64,000 nt of DNA. Origin: Candidatus Neptunichlamydia sp. (GTDB lineage: Bacteria; Chlamydiota; Chlamydiia; Chlamydiales; Simkaniaceae). A program made the position numbers and the translations under genes. The notes beneath the pieces are model-generated. The model saw only the letters and a list, made by a program, of their open reading frames with translations. It was not told where the DNA came from and did not search any database. The stretch is from NCBI GenBank assembly GCA_965233865.1, contig OZ247587.1:1024001-1088000 (forward strand). Reading direction: 5' to 3'. Below, piece after piece: positions 1 to 9,691 of the stretch. Numbering within the stretch: position 1 is the stretch's first letter; each line of letters begins with the position of its first letter.

Positions 1-274
1 CAGAAAGATCACAAACACCATAGCTGCCCTCTTCAATCTTCTCTAAAGCTCGATCGATTTGACGAATCATTCCTTGCTCTTTAGATGAAACTTCGATGCT
101 AATTCTTTGGCCAAAATCATCGGTTCCTTCATCAGCTTGATGCTGAGAATACCCTTTTGAAGCATCAGGAGTTTTCACATTATCGGAAACAGCTTTCAAG
201 GAACATCCTAATTGTTTTTTTATTTCCAAAAGACGGTTTTTAAATGTTTCTATTTCGTTTTTCTTAAGAGGCAT
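1..274 (-). CDS. dksA: DksA/TraR family transcription factor (3' end outside window)
   Basis: Manual translation MPLKKNEIETFKNRLLEIK...SQHQADEGTDDF...IRQIDRALEKIEEGSYGVCDLS; directly downstream of nrdR as in chlamydiae. Confidence 0.9.
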   Translation of the reverse strand, partial: MPLKKNEIETFKNRLLEIKKQLGCSLKAVSDNVKTPDASKGYSQHQADEGTDDFGQRISIEVSSKEQGMIRQIDRALEKIEEGSYGVCDLS

Positions 275-283
275 TTTAAGATC

Positions 284-745
284 TCACTTTTTTACTTCTT
301 CTGGAGCAATTGTATGAATCGCGTCCATAATTTCATCTACATCTTTAAACCTACGATAGACACAGGCGAAGCGAATGTATGCCACAGTATCTAGTGCGCG
401 CAGTTTCTCCATCACCAATTCTCCAAGATTTGTCGCACTGATTTCCCTGACTTGATTTTCCACAAGCTCATTGGCGATCTGAGACGCTAAATCCCTGACT
501 TGATCATGGCTAATTCTAGTATGGCGGGAGGCGCTGTCAAGCCCTTTGACTAATTTTTGCAAGCTAAAGTCTTCGTAACTTCCATCTCGCTTGAGTACTT
601 GAAGAGAAATATCAACCGTTTCAAACGTGGTAAAACGTTTATTGCACTGTAAACACTCACGACGACGCCGAATAGCATTAGTTTCGCTCGCGTTCCTAGA
701 ATCGGTCACCTTTGACTCATCATGTCCACAAAAAGGGCACTTCAT
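284..745 (-). CDS. nrdR: Transcriptional repressor NrdR
   Basis: MKCPFCG...IRRRRECLQC..RFTTFE zinc ribbon, ATP-cone, AYIRFACVYR. Confidence 0.97.
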   Translation of the reverse strand: MKCPFCGHDESKVTDSRNASETNAIRRRRECLQCNKRFTTFETVDISLQVLKRDGSYEDFSLQKLVKGLDSASRHTRISHDQVRDLASQIANELVENQVREISATNLGELVMEKLRALDTVAYIRFACVYRRFKDVDEIMDAIHTIAPEEVKK

Positions 746-807
746 AACCTTTCCACCAAACTATGCGCTTTATACAAATTCCACAATTTCTGGCATAGAA
801 AAAAATT

Positions 808-895
808 CGGAGGAGGTGGGATTCGAACCCACGATACGCTTATCACGTATACACGCTTTCCAAGCGTGCTCCTTCAGCCGCTCGGACACTCCTCC
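808..895 (-). tRNA. tRNA-Ser(GGA)
   Basis: Reverse complement GGAGGAGTGTCCGAGCGG...CACGC-TTGGAAA-GCGTG, long variable arm, GGTTCGAATCC; CCA not encoded. Confidence 0.95.
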
Positions 896-961
896 AAAGG
901 GGACCAAAAATCCCATTCCACTTCAATACGACTTTTTCTGTGGATTGACATAAATAGAAAT

Positions 962-990
962 ATTAAACCCTTTTTAGAATTAATTTGCAA
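962..990 (-). promoter_or_regulatory. Putative sigma66 promoter for tRNA-Ser/nrdR
   Basis: TTGCAA-17 nt-TTTAAT on minus strand. Confidence 0.4.
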
Positions 991-1076
991 TCAGAATTCA
1001 ATGCTCGACAGAAGAAATATTTTAGAGTAAGATCCTAGCAAAAGCCTCTATGATCACCAAAAATAGGTTAATTGTG

Positions 1077-1949
1077 ATGAAAAAGTTTCTCTCGATTTTT
1101 CTTTTAATCGTTTTTTTAGCTTCATGCCAAAAAAATACCCCTGATACTCCAGGGAAACCTTTTGTTGTAACAAGCATTCCCCCCTATATCTCACTTGTAC
1201 AGGCCATTGTTGGCGAAACAATGACTGTTGCCTCGGCGCTTGGAGAAAACTTTGATCCTCATACAGCTGAGATAACTCCTAGCCAAATGAAAAAAGTGCA
1301 AAACGCCAACCTTTTCATTGGGGTTGGCGAAGCCTATGAGGACAACCTTGTGAGGGCAATCAATCGAGGCTCTGGAAAGGTCGCAGTTCTAGAGCTTGAT
1401 AAAAAAGTTTCTTTACTTTCTTTTTTTCAAGACGCGAATGTTGTCGATACTTGTCACAATGTAAACCTTCATTCTAAGGATCTTCATATTTGGCTTGGGA
1501 CGCAGGTTCTCATTCCTCAGGTAAGCGCCATGGTCGAAGCTCTTTCTAATCTTAACCCTGGTAGTGCCAATCAATATAACGAAAATGGAACCGCGTTAAT
1601 CAAAAAAATTAGGGAGATCGATCAAAATCTGCAAGATGAGCTCCGCCTCTTCCAGAAAAAAGCAATCATCGTTTCGCACCCTGCCCTAGGCTATTTTTGC
1701 CATGAATACAACATGACGCAAATCGCCGTTGAATGTGAGGGAAAAGAGCCTCTAGCAAGAGACGCTACCAATATCCTGCGCCTTGCAAAGAATTCTGATG
1801 TTGCTTGTGTTTTCACCGCGCCTCAATTCAACAATAAAGGGGCAGAGCTCATTGCACAAAAATTGAATTTAAGAGTGGAGAGCTTCGATCCTTTAGCTCC
1901 AGACCCTCTTGAAACCATTCAGCAGATCGCAAACGCCATAACGAAATAA
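1077..1949 (+). CDS. Zn/Mn ABC transporter substrate-binding lipoprotein (ZnuA/TroA family)
   Basis: Lipobox LASC, DPHTAE, DLHIWL, VSHPALGYF motifs; ORF opens at 1050. Confidence 0.9.
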   Translation: MKKFLSIFLLIVFLASCQKNTPDTPGKPFVVTSIPPYISLVQAIVGETMTVASALGENFDPHTAEITPSQMKKVQNANLFIGVGEAYEDNLVRAINRGSGKVAVLELDKKVSLLSFFQDANVVDTCHNVNLHSKDLHIWLGTQVLIPQVSAMVEALSNLNPGSANQYNENGTALIKKIREIDQNLQDELRLFQKKAIIVSHPALGYFCHEYNMTQIAVECEGKEPLARDATNILRLAKNSDVACVFTAPQFNNKGAELIAQKLNLRVESFDPLAPDPLETIQQIANAITK

Positions 1950-1954
1950 ATCAC

Positions 1955-2671
1955 ATGAGTGCGATCGTCTTTAATCAACTCTCCTTCTCTTATGACTCTA
2001 TAGATGTCTTCAAAAAAATCTCTTTTATTGTGAAGAAGGGAGAGTATGTTGGGATCATCGGACCAAATGGCGGGGGAAAAACGACTGCTATTAAACTGAT
2101 GTTAGGGTTTCTAGTACCAAACAGCGGAAGCGTTAAAGTCTTAGGAGAGTCTCCTGTTTCAGCCCGAACAAAAATTGGATATGTTCCCCAAGTAAATGCC
2201 TACGATAAGGATTTTCCCATCTCAGTAATGGAGGTTGTTTTAACAGGAAGCTTGGCAAAGCTAAACTGGAGGGGAAAACTTCCAAAAAAAGAACAGGAGA
2301 GGGCAAAAGAGCTTCTAGCCGAAGTAGGCCTTCAAGGATTAGAAGAACGTCCATTTGGATCTCTTTCAGGAGGGCAAGCACAAAAAGCTTTGATTGTTCG
2401 AGCGCTTATGTGTGATCCAGATATTCTTTTATTAGATGAACCCACTGCAAATGTAGATGCAAAATCTGAGGAAGCAATTTTTGCTTACTTAAAAGGTCTG
2501 CAAGGAAAAAAAACAATCTTGATTGTCACTCACAATTTGGATGCAATTATTCAAAATGTCAAGCGTGTACTTTGCTTTCAGCACGAGGTGTCCTCCATGC
2601 TTCCGAAAGATGTCTGTGAACACTTTACAATAGGAATGTATCACAAACCAGGAGGGCATAGCCATGGCTAA
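1955..2671 (+). CDS. Zn/Mn ABC transporter ATP-binding protein
   Basis: GPNGGGKTT, IGYVPQ, LSGGQ, LLLDEPT. Confidence 0.92.
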   Translation: MSAIVFNQLSFSYDSIDVFKKISFIVKKGEYVGIIGPNGGGKTTAIKLMLGFLVPNSGSVKVLGESPVSARTKIGYVPQVNAYDKDFPISVMEVVLTGSLAKLNWRGKLPKKEQERAKELLAEVGLQGLEERPFGSLSGGQAQKALIVRALMCDPDILLLDEPTANVDAKSEEAIFAYLKGLQGKKTILIVTHNLDAIIQNVKRVLCFQHEVSSMLPKDVCEHFTIGMYHKPGGHSHG

Positions 2672-3509
2672 TCTTTCGCCCATAAGTTTTATTACCGCAA
2701 TTTTTACCGAGCCTTTTTTGCTTATGGCCCTTCTAGGAGCTTTTGGAGCCTCTATCGCAGGGGGAGTCGTTGGGTCCTATGTAGTCGTTAAACGCATCGT
2801 ATTTTTAAGTGGAAGCATTGCACACTCGGTGATTGGAGGCCTTGGAGCAGCTCTTTATGTTAAGAGGGTTTACAACATTTCTTGGCTGGAGCCCATCCAT
2901 GGAGCTCTTATTGCCGCCTTTCTTTCAGCATGGATCATAGGATCTATCCGCCTTTATTATCGACAAAGAGAAGATACTGTGATTGCCGCCCTCTGGGCAT
3001 TTGGCATGTCTGTTGGTGTCATTATGATTTCGCTAACGCCAGGCTATACAAATGAGATCACGAACTACCTTTTTGGGAATATTCTGTGGGCAAGTCGTGC
3101 AGATCTTTATATGCTTTTTGGGCTCGATGCTGTGGTTTTGGGAATTACAGCCATTTATCACCGCCGCTTTTTGGCAATCTGTTTTGATGAAAATCAGGCT
3201 GCTCTGCAAGCTCAAAACGTTCAACTGCTTTACTTTCTCCTTCTCTCCTTGATTGCACTAACTGTGGTCCTTATGATTCAGATAGTAGGAGCCATTCTTA
3301 TTATTGCTTTTCTCTCGCTCCCTGCAGCCATTGCAAATACCTTTACCCACCGCCTTTCAAAAATGATGGGCATAGCAATTATCATAGGAGGAATCACTTC
3401 GATTCTTGGTGTGTCGATTTCTTTTGCCTTGAACTGGCCATCAGGAGCTACAATTGGCCTCACAGCAACAACCATCTATCTGCTAAACTTACTTCGAAAG
3501 AAAGGCTAG
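2664..3509 (+). CDS. Zn/Mn ABC transporter permease (ABC-3 family)
   Basis: Hydrophobic; GSIAHS, REDTVIA, YLFGNIL motifs; coupled to ATPase. Confidence 0.92.
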   Translation: MANLSPISFITAIFTEPFLLMALLGAFGASIAGGVVGSYVVVKRIVFLSGSIAHSVIGGLGAALYVKRVYNISWLEPIHGALIAAFLSAWIIGSIRLYYRQREDTVIAALWAFGMSVGVIMISLTPGYTNEITNYLFGNILWASRADLYMLFGLDAVVLGITAIYHRRFLAICFDENQAALQAQNVQLLYFLLLSLIALTVVLMIQIVGAILIIAFLSLPAAIANTFTHRLSKMMGIAIIIGGITSILGVSISFALNWPSGATIGLTATTIYLLNLLRKKG

Positions 3510-3550
3510 ACCCCAGGTCCTTTTGATAAAATTCTCAATTGTTACAAAAC

Positions 3551-5260
3551 TTAATCTTCTTCAGAGGAAAAATATGCATACTTCAAGTCTATCTCTTTGA
3601 GTGGAGAAACATAGACGCCGTGCAATTTTGAATTCTTAAGGTAAGTAAGGTTGTGAAAGTACAAGGGAATAATCGGCATCTCTTCCATCAGCAATGCTTC
3701 GGCACTCCTAAACAATTCTTTCCTTTTTACCTGATCTAATTCAAAGTCTGCTTTGTCAAGGTATTGATAGTACAGAGGGTGCTCCCATCGACACATATTG
3801 GCAGAAAGGTGACGTTTTCGAAATATTTCTAACATGTAAAAAGGGTCAGCAATCCACGAAAACCATGCCATTTCACCGATTTGAAAATGTCCTTTTGAAA
3901 TGGTGCTAAAGTGCACTGGCCAGTCCGATTGCTCAATCTCAACTTGAATGCCAAATGCTTTACGCCATTGCTCTTGAATCGCCTGAATGATGCGGATCTC
4001 CAAAGACCGGCTCCGACTCCTAACAACCAAAGGTCCCAGTTCCTCCTTTGTCACACCAAGTTCTTCCAAAGCTGCTTCGAAATGCGCGCGTGCAGCTTCT
4101 AAATCTCCATCGTGAAAATAGGGTTTTTCTTGAAGTTTTAATTTGGAACCTAAAATTCCTGTTGCAGGTTTTTCTTGCATTTGCAACACATGATCAACAA
4201 GCTCTTGTCTATTGATTGAGAGGGAAAGAGCTTTGCGAAAGTTTTTGTTTGTGAAGGGGACTTGCTCTGTATTAAGAAAAAACCAACTTAGTCCCATAGA
4301 TTCAATATAGTGCAGTTTATCCTGCAGACTATGATCCGTAACAATATCGAGAGAGATTGGTGAAAAAGGCTCGCCTAACCAGTCAAGAGCTCCCTTTTTA
4401 TATAGATAAAATTGGGTCGTTGCGTCTTGAATAATTTGGATATTTACCCCACTGAGTTGTACCTGCTGGTCATCCCAATAATGCGGATTTTTTTTAAGCA
4501 GTAGAAAATCATTTTTTTTCCACTCTTGAAGTAAAAAAGGCCCATTTGAAACAAAACTTCCTGCGTTCCTCACCCAGTCTCCATTTGAAAGATCTACTTT
4601 TTTGTTAACAGGAGCGAAGGTTGTACAGCAAGTCAGATAAGGAAAATAAGGAGCAGGATGCTCTAAATCCACAACCAAAGTCTTTTCATCAAGCGCTTTA
4701 ACTCCTAATTGGTCGACATCTACAGTCCCCTCTAAACAAGCTGCTGCGTTTAGAATGGTGTAAAACGTATATGCCCCTGTTTGAGCAGATTGCGGAGACA
4801 CGGATTTTTTCCATGCATATTCGAAATCGTAGGCAGTGACAGTATCACCATTTGTCCATTTAGAATCTCGAAGGTAAAACGTATAAATTTTTTGATCTTC
4901 TGAAACCTCATACCTCTCAGCAACACCCGGACTGATTTCCCCACCTGGTCCTGAGCGCATGAGGCCCTCATAGAGCATCCGAATCACATGAGCTGTAGGA
5001 TAATCATTTGCAACCCTGGGATCTAGAGACCGCACTGAGCAATAAAAAGGAATTTGGACGCACCGACCATCACAAGTAGAACGGCCCTCTAAGTCATGCT
5101 CAGACTGTTTCTTTCCACACCCAGTAAGGAACGGGACGATGAGAAGAATCAAAAAAAAATTCACGTTTACCACCCTGCATAAAGCCTTAAACACACGACA
5201 CGAAACAAAACATCCGTCCGCTGCATGATTAATGTGAAGCTGTGATTTTAGAGCCCTCAA
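3551..5260 (-). CDS. oppA: Oligopeptide ABC transporter substrate-binding lipoprotein (true start probably ~30 codons downstream)
   Basis: LTGC lipobox, SLDP, LYEGL, YTFYLRDSKWTNGD.VTAYDF, NGPF. Confidence 0.9.
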   Translation of the reverse strand: MRALKSQLHINHAADGCFVSCRVFKALCRVVNVNFFLILLIVPFLTGCGKKQSEHDLEGRSTCDGRCVQIPFYCSVRSLDPRVANDYPTAHVIRMLYEGLMRSGPGGEISPGVAERYEVSEDQKIYTFYLRDSKWTNGDTVTAYDFEYAWKKSVSPQSAQTGAYTFYTILNAAACLEGTVDVDQLGVKALDEKTLVVDLEHPAPYFPYLTCCTTFAPVNKKVDLSNGDWVRNAGSFVSNGPFLLQEWKKNDFLLLKKNPHYWDDQQVQLSGVNIQIIQDATTQFYLYKKGALDWLGEPFSPISLDIVTDHSLQDKLHYIESMGLSWFFLNTEQVPFTNKNFRKALSLSINRQELVDHVLQMQEKPATGILGSKLKLQEKPYFHDGDLEAARAHFEAALEELGVTKEELGPLVVRSRSRSLEIRIIQAIQEQWRKAFGIQVEIEQSDWPVHFSTISKGHFQIGEMAWFSWIADPFYMLEIFRKRHLSANMCRWEHPLYYQYLDKADFELDQVKRKELFRSAEALLMEEMPIIPLYFHNLTYLKNSKLHGVYVSPLKEIDLKYAYFSSEED

Positions 5261-5383
5261 ACAATCCTTTCAAGGAGAAAAAGAAATTTAGAAATTAATT
5301 TTACTTCAACAATAATACCTCAGGCAATATGTGGAAAACTCTCATCGGATCATCAAGGTTTTTTTTCTATCATTACAAAATGA

Positions 5384-5412
5384 TTGACACTTTCCTGATA
5401 TTTCTCTATGAT
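5384..5412 (+). promoter_or_regulatory. sigma66 promoter of rplU-rpmA-obgE
   Basis: TTGACA-17 nt-TATGAT, about 30 nt upstream of the start codon. Confidence 0.75.
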
Positions 5413-5441
5413 AGGCGATTCTATTAATGGAGAAACGAATT

Positions 5442-5753
5442 ATGTATGCAATCATTCATACCGGAGGTAAACAGTACCGGGTTGAAAAAGGTGATGTAAT
5501 CGAGGTCGAACTACTCGGAATTGAGAGCGGGGCTGTCGAATTCAATGAGATTATGTTTTTTAACGACGGGAAGACAGCCCATGTCGGCGCTCCTCACGTG
5601 GCAAAGTGCCTGGTTAAGGGAGAAGTCATTGGAGATACTAAAGGGCCAAAAGTGATTTCTTTCAAATACAAGCGTCGAAAGAACTACCGACGCAAAGTGG
5701 GACACAGACAAAAATATTCTGTTGTTAAAATCACCGATATCGAAACGAAGTAA
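5442..5753 (+). CDS. rplU: 50S ribosomal protein L21
   Basis: MYAIIHTGGKQYRV...KRRKNYRRKVGHRQ; GGAG RBS. Confidence 0.98.
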   Translation: MYAIIHTGGKQYRVEKGDVIEVELLGIESGAVEFNEIMFFNDGKTAHVGAPHVAKCLVKGEVIGDTKGPKVISFKYKRRKNYRRKVGHRQKYSVVKITDIETK

Positions 5754-5762
5754 GGAAACGGT

Positions 5763-6014
5763 ATGTCACATAAGAAAGGTCAAGGATCAAGTAGAAACGG
5801 AAGAGATTCGAACGCGCAACGTCTTGGGATCAAAGCAACACACGGTGAATATGTCACTGCAGGAAGCATTATTGTCCGCCAACGTGGCACCAAGTGGCAC
5901 CCTGCAAAAAATGTAAAGCGTGGAAAAGATGATACTCTCTTTTCTCTGGTCGATGGGATTGTTCATTTCCGCAGCGGAAAGAACACTTGTGTTTCTGTCG
6001 CTCTCGCTCAGTAA
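5763..6014 (+). CDS. rpmA: 50S ribosomal protein L27
   Basis: [28 protein letters not shown]. Confidence 0.98.
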   Translation: MSHKKGQGSSRNGRDSNAQRLGIKATHGEYVTAGSIIVRQRGTKWHPAKNVKRGKDDTLFSLVDGIVHFRSGKNTCVSVALAQ

Positions 6015-6043
6015 ATTCACCTATGTTTTTACAGTTAATTTAG

Positions 6044-6072
6044 AATAGGCTCATTTGAGCCTATTTTGTATT
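6044..6072 (+). terminator. Hairpin / partial terminator between rpmA and obgE
   Basis: AATAGGCTCA-TT-TGAGCCTATT followed by T-rich run. Confidence 0.55.
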
Positions 6073-6086
6073 TTGGAAGGAATTAA

Positions 6087-7097
6087 ATGTTTACGGATAG
6101 CGTAAGGCTAAAATTATCCGCGGGAAAGGGAGGCAATGGTGTTGTCGCCTGGCGCCGCGAAAAATACATTCCAAAGGGTGGACCTTATGGAGGCAATGGA
6201 GGATGTGGTGGTGACGTCATTATCAAAAGCGATCCCCAAATTTACTCCCTTGATCAGTTCCGCAACAAACGCCTGATACAGGCTAAAAATGGCGGCTGCG
6301 GTGGCACCAACAATCGCCAAGGTAAAAATGGTAAAAACCTCGTTTTGAAAGTCCCCTGTGGCACGCTTATTCATGATAGCGAAACAGGCGGACTTCTTTA
6401 CGATTTAACCGAGCCGGGAGAAGAATTTCACTTATGCCAAGGCGGCAAGGGTGGCAGGGGGAATACCTTTTTCAAAACACCCACGAATCAGGCCCCTGCA
6501 AAATGCACACCAGGACATTCCGGAGATGTGAAAAGTATTGAGATGGATCTCAAGCTCCTTGCTGATGTTGGATTTATGGGATTCCCTAATGCAGGAAAAT
6601 CTACCCTTCTCTCTAAACTAGCCGCGATTGAAGTCAAAACTGGCGCTTACCCTTTTACAACGCTAAAACCCAACCTCAGCTATATGGAGTTTGATGACTT
6701 TTCACGTATTTACTTAGCTGATATCCCAGGAATCATTCCCGATGCCCATAATAACCGAGGATTGGGCCTTTCTTTCCTCAAGCATGTGGAGCGTTCATCT
6801 ACCCTAATTTATCTTATCGATATTTCTGGAGAAGAAGGGCGTGACCCCTTCGAGGACTTTTTAACCCTTCGAAAAGAAGGAGAGAAATACTCCGACAATA
6901 TTCTAAAAAAACCTTTTTTAGTCGCCCTCAATAAAGTAGATAAGGAAAATGAAGAGCACCTTGAGGCCTTCAAAAAAAAATATCCTTTTCCTCAAGATAC
7001 TCTATTTGAAATCTCTGCCCTTGAAGAAAAGGGGCTTAAGCCATTCATTGCGAAAATACGCTCTCTTGCTCAAGCAAACGGGAAAAAATACCTTTGA
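6087..7097 (+). CDS. obgE: GTPase ObgE/CgtA
   Basis: Gly-rich Obg fold, GFPNAGKST, YPFTT, DIPG, NKVD. Confidence 0.97.
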   Translation: MFTDSVRLKLSAGKGGNGVVAWRREKYIPKGGPYGGNGGCGGDVIIKSDPQIYSLDQFRNKRLIQAKNGGCGGTNNRQGKNGKNLVLKVPCGTLIHDSETGGLLYDLTEPGEEFHLCQGGKGGRGNTFFKTPTNQAPAKCTPGHSGDVKSIEMDLKLLADVGFMGFPNAGKSTLLSKLAAIEVKTGAYPFTTLKPNLSYMEFDDFSRIYLADIPGIIPDAHNNRGLGLSFLKHVERSSTLIYLIDISGEEGRDPFEDFLTLRKEGEKYSDNILKKPFLVALNKVDKENEEHLEAFKKKYPFPQDTLFEISALEEKGLKPFIAKIRSLAQANGKKYL

Positions 7098-7128
7098 TCC
7101 TTTGATCCGATCATTATAAAAAGATGAA

Positions 7129-9654
7129 ATGCGCTTGTATTTTATCAATCTTCTCATTTTTTCATGTTCTCTTTGGGGTAATCCTTCAGGAATGGAGGCG
7201 ATTAAAGGTTCCTGTAATCTCCAAAAGGTCGGAAACAATCTTCAGGTTAGAACAAGCAATGAAGCCATCCTTCACTGGAAGGATTTTTCAATCGCTTCAC
7301 AAGAACGTGTTGAGTTCCTCCAACCTAGTGCAAAGGCCTGGGTTCTAAACAAGGTTACAGGAAAGGGAAGGAGTGAAATTTATGGAGGGCTCACCAGTAA
7401 TGGGCAAATTGTTCTTATCAATCAAAACGGTATTTTGTTTGGGAAAGAATCAAGAGTTGAAGTTGGAGGAATCATCGCTTCATCTTTGAAAGACGTCATC
7501 GTTGAAGGAAACATCTCGGCAAAAAATGGAGCTCTTGCACTTCTCGGAAAAGAAGTTCATATCTCGGGAGAAGTCCTCTCTCGAGTGGGAAAACATGCCT
7601 ATGTACGCGCTGAAAACAACCCTTATGGAATTGAAGTCAGTAAGGTTGGGGGACGGATCTATGTGCACTCTGAGGAAAAGACCCTTGTGACAGAAGGAGG
7701 AATGATACGGGGAGAGAATGTGTATCTTTTGTCAGATGGAGTCACCCATTTTCATGGAAAGGCCTTTGTTGGGGATATCGAAATCTCTGGGAAAAATGGG
7801 TTTTATCATGAGGGGGAAATCCAGAGAACAGGACACCTTCTTCTCGACCCTGAATCAGATGTGACAATTAGTACAATCCCCTCTTACAGCTACAACTTGG
7901 GGAGTGGTCCCAGCTCAGACTTTAGTAATATTACCATTGATAAACTTATTGAAGAGCTTGAAAAGGGGCCGGTTACGATCACCACGTCTTACCAAGGGGA
8001 AGGAGGAGTGCCAGGATCGATTATCGTTAAGGACGACATTGACCACACTTTCAACAGTCCTTATCCTTTAATTTTTTGTACAAAAAGTGCGGAAGGCATT
8101 TTGATTGAAGGAAATCTTACAAATGTTGGAAATGGAGCAATAGAATTGATTGCTCCAAAAGCAACCATCACAGGAAAACTGATTGGACAGAATCTCAAGA
8201 TTGAAGGAGATCTTTCATGCTTGGGAGAACTTTATGGGAAGAACCTTACCCTATTGTCTGAAGGAACAAGTGAAATTTCAGGGAAACTCATGACTGATGG
8301 AGGAAATCTATCTTGGGAAACTAAGGGCGATATCACCTTGACTGGGGAATGGGGACATTTAGGAGGTGGAGCACTTCTACTTAATGGAGTGCAGAACTTT
8401 TGGATTCAAGAAGGGGCTCTTTTCTATGCAACAAATCGGACAACAGAACTTACAATTAAAAATCTAAGTGGGTCCTTTTCAGTTGAACGCGGGTTGGTTT
8501 CTCCAGGGTGCTCTCCCCTTTTGATTTCAGGCCTCCTTGGCTCAATATCTTTAGATGGAGGGAGCATTGATTCTATGGCACCAATTACTATCGATGTAGG
8601 ACATCATTGCCATCTCCATCAAAGCCACATCACCTCACAAAAACCGATCCATCTAAGCCTTGGAAGCGATCTTCTCTTGATGAAAGATTCTACACTAAAT
8701 TCTCTTTCAGGGGTCCACGTGAATGCTAAAGGAAATCTTAGCCTCCTTGATACTTCTTTGATTATAGGCCGCGGGATTTTCATCTGTGCAGGAGAAACCC
8801 TCTCTCTATTAGACCATGGATCCATACTGGGAGGATCGGGACCCGTCTCTATCTCAACAGGAAAAGATCTTTGTCTTGATGGCCCCAATGTTCAAATTGA
8901 GGGGGGACGAATCACACTACTTCCCGGGAAAATCTTAACCCTTGAAGATCGAGCTCGGATTTCTTCGACGCTAGGCTTATTGTCTGTCTCGGCAGGATCA
9001 TCAATCCGACTTGATGATCAAACATTGATCAGTGTCTATGGAGGAGAGCTTGACTTGCTCGTGACTGAAGGGAGCCTTCATCTGTATGGAGAAAGTACAA
9101 TTTCTTCCACAACGCACGGGAGCTCAATTATTCTCGGAAAATCCCTTGTCATGGAAAACTTTTCTAAAATCAGGAGCGTTGGAGAGCAAGGGACAACCAT
9201 TGTCGTTGATCACCTGGAAAGTAATGGGGGGGTTGCGATGGGAATCAATACGTCGATCTCTACAGGGCACTCCCCTCTTAAAATTTTCTCTTCCAATCGA
9301 GACTTCAATACTATTGAGGGAACCTTGAATGGGTACCGTTATTCCCCCTCTCTTCAATACTTAAGTACAAATTATGAAAAATGGGAAACAACGTACCCTA
9401 GCCATTTATCTAACTCTCCTTTTACCCTCTTTCATAAAGAATCAGGCTTGATTCAAATCGGCAAAACAAAAGTAAGTCAAGTCGATTTTTGTAGCATCTT
9501 GACAAATTATATAGGTCCATTCACGGCGGAGATGCAACGAGACCTTCATCCTTATGATGAGTTTACAAGTCAGGCGATTTTTTTTACTAGCGAAGAAGAA
9601 TCATACTTTATTCGAAGACCCTTCCTCTACCCAATTCTTAGCAATCATTTTTAA
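7129..9654 (+). CDS. Two-partner secretion exoprotein (TpsA, filamentous haemagglutinin N-terminal domain)
   Basis: Signal peptide; WKDFSI..E.VEF.QP...VLNKVTG..SEIYG.L.SNG.IVLINQNGILFG secretion domain; beta-helix-like repeats; TpsB follows. Confidence 0.85.
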   Translation: MRLYFINLLIFSCSLWGNPSGMEAIKGSCNLQKVGNNLQVRTSNEAILHWKDFSIASQERVEFLQPSAKAWVLNKVTGKGRSEIYGGLTSNGQIVLINQNGILFGKESRVEVGGIIASSLKDVIVEGNISAKNGALALLGKEVHISGEVLSRVGKHAYVRAENNPYGIEVSKVGGRIYVHSEEKTLVTEGGMIRGENVYLLSDGVTHFHGKAFVGDIEISGKNGFYHEGEIQRTGHLLLDPESDVTISTIPSYSYNLGSGPSSDFSNITIDKLIEELEKGPVTITTSYQGEGGVPGSIIVKDDIDHTFNSPYPLIFCTKSAEGILIEGNLTNVGNGAIELIAPKATITGKLIGQNLKIEGDLSCLGELYGKNLTLLSEGTSEISGKLMTDGGNLSWETKGDITLTGEWGHLGGGALLLNGVQNFWIQEGALFYATNRTTELTIKNLSGSFSVERGLVSPGCSPLLISGLLGSISLDGGSIDSMAPITIDVGHHCHLHQSHITSQKPIHLSLGSDLLLMKDSTLNSLSGVHVNAKGNLSLLDTSLIIGRGIFICAGETLSLLDHGSILGGSGPVSISTGKDLCLDGPNVQIEGGRITLLPGKILTLEDRARISSTLGLLSVSAGSSIRLDDQTLISVYGGELDLLVTEGSLHLYGESTISSTTHGSSIILGKSLVMENFSKIRSVGEQGTTIVVDHLESNGGVAMGINTSISTGHSPLKIFSSNRDFNTIEGTLNGYRYSPSLQYLSTNYEKWETTYPSHLSNSPFTLFHKESGLIQIGKTKVSQVDFCSILTNYIGPFTAEMQRDLHPYDEFTSQAIFFTSEEESYFIRRPFLYPILSNHF

Positions 9655-9691
9655 CTGGAATAAAAGATAAAATGATGACAAACTAATAATT

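Noticed and set aside
627..1030. Two + strand ORFs (108 and 102 aa)
   Set aside because: Antisense to nrdR and tRNA-Ser; spurious
5170..5260. Possible riboswitch or leader upstream of oppA
   Set aside because: No known aptamer consensus or terminator seen
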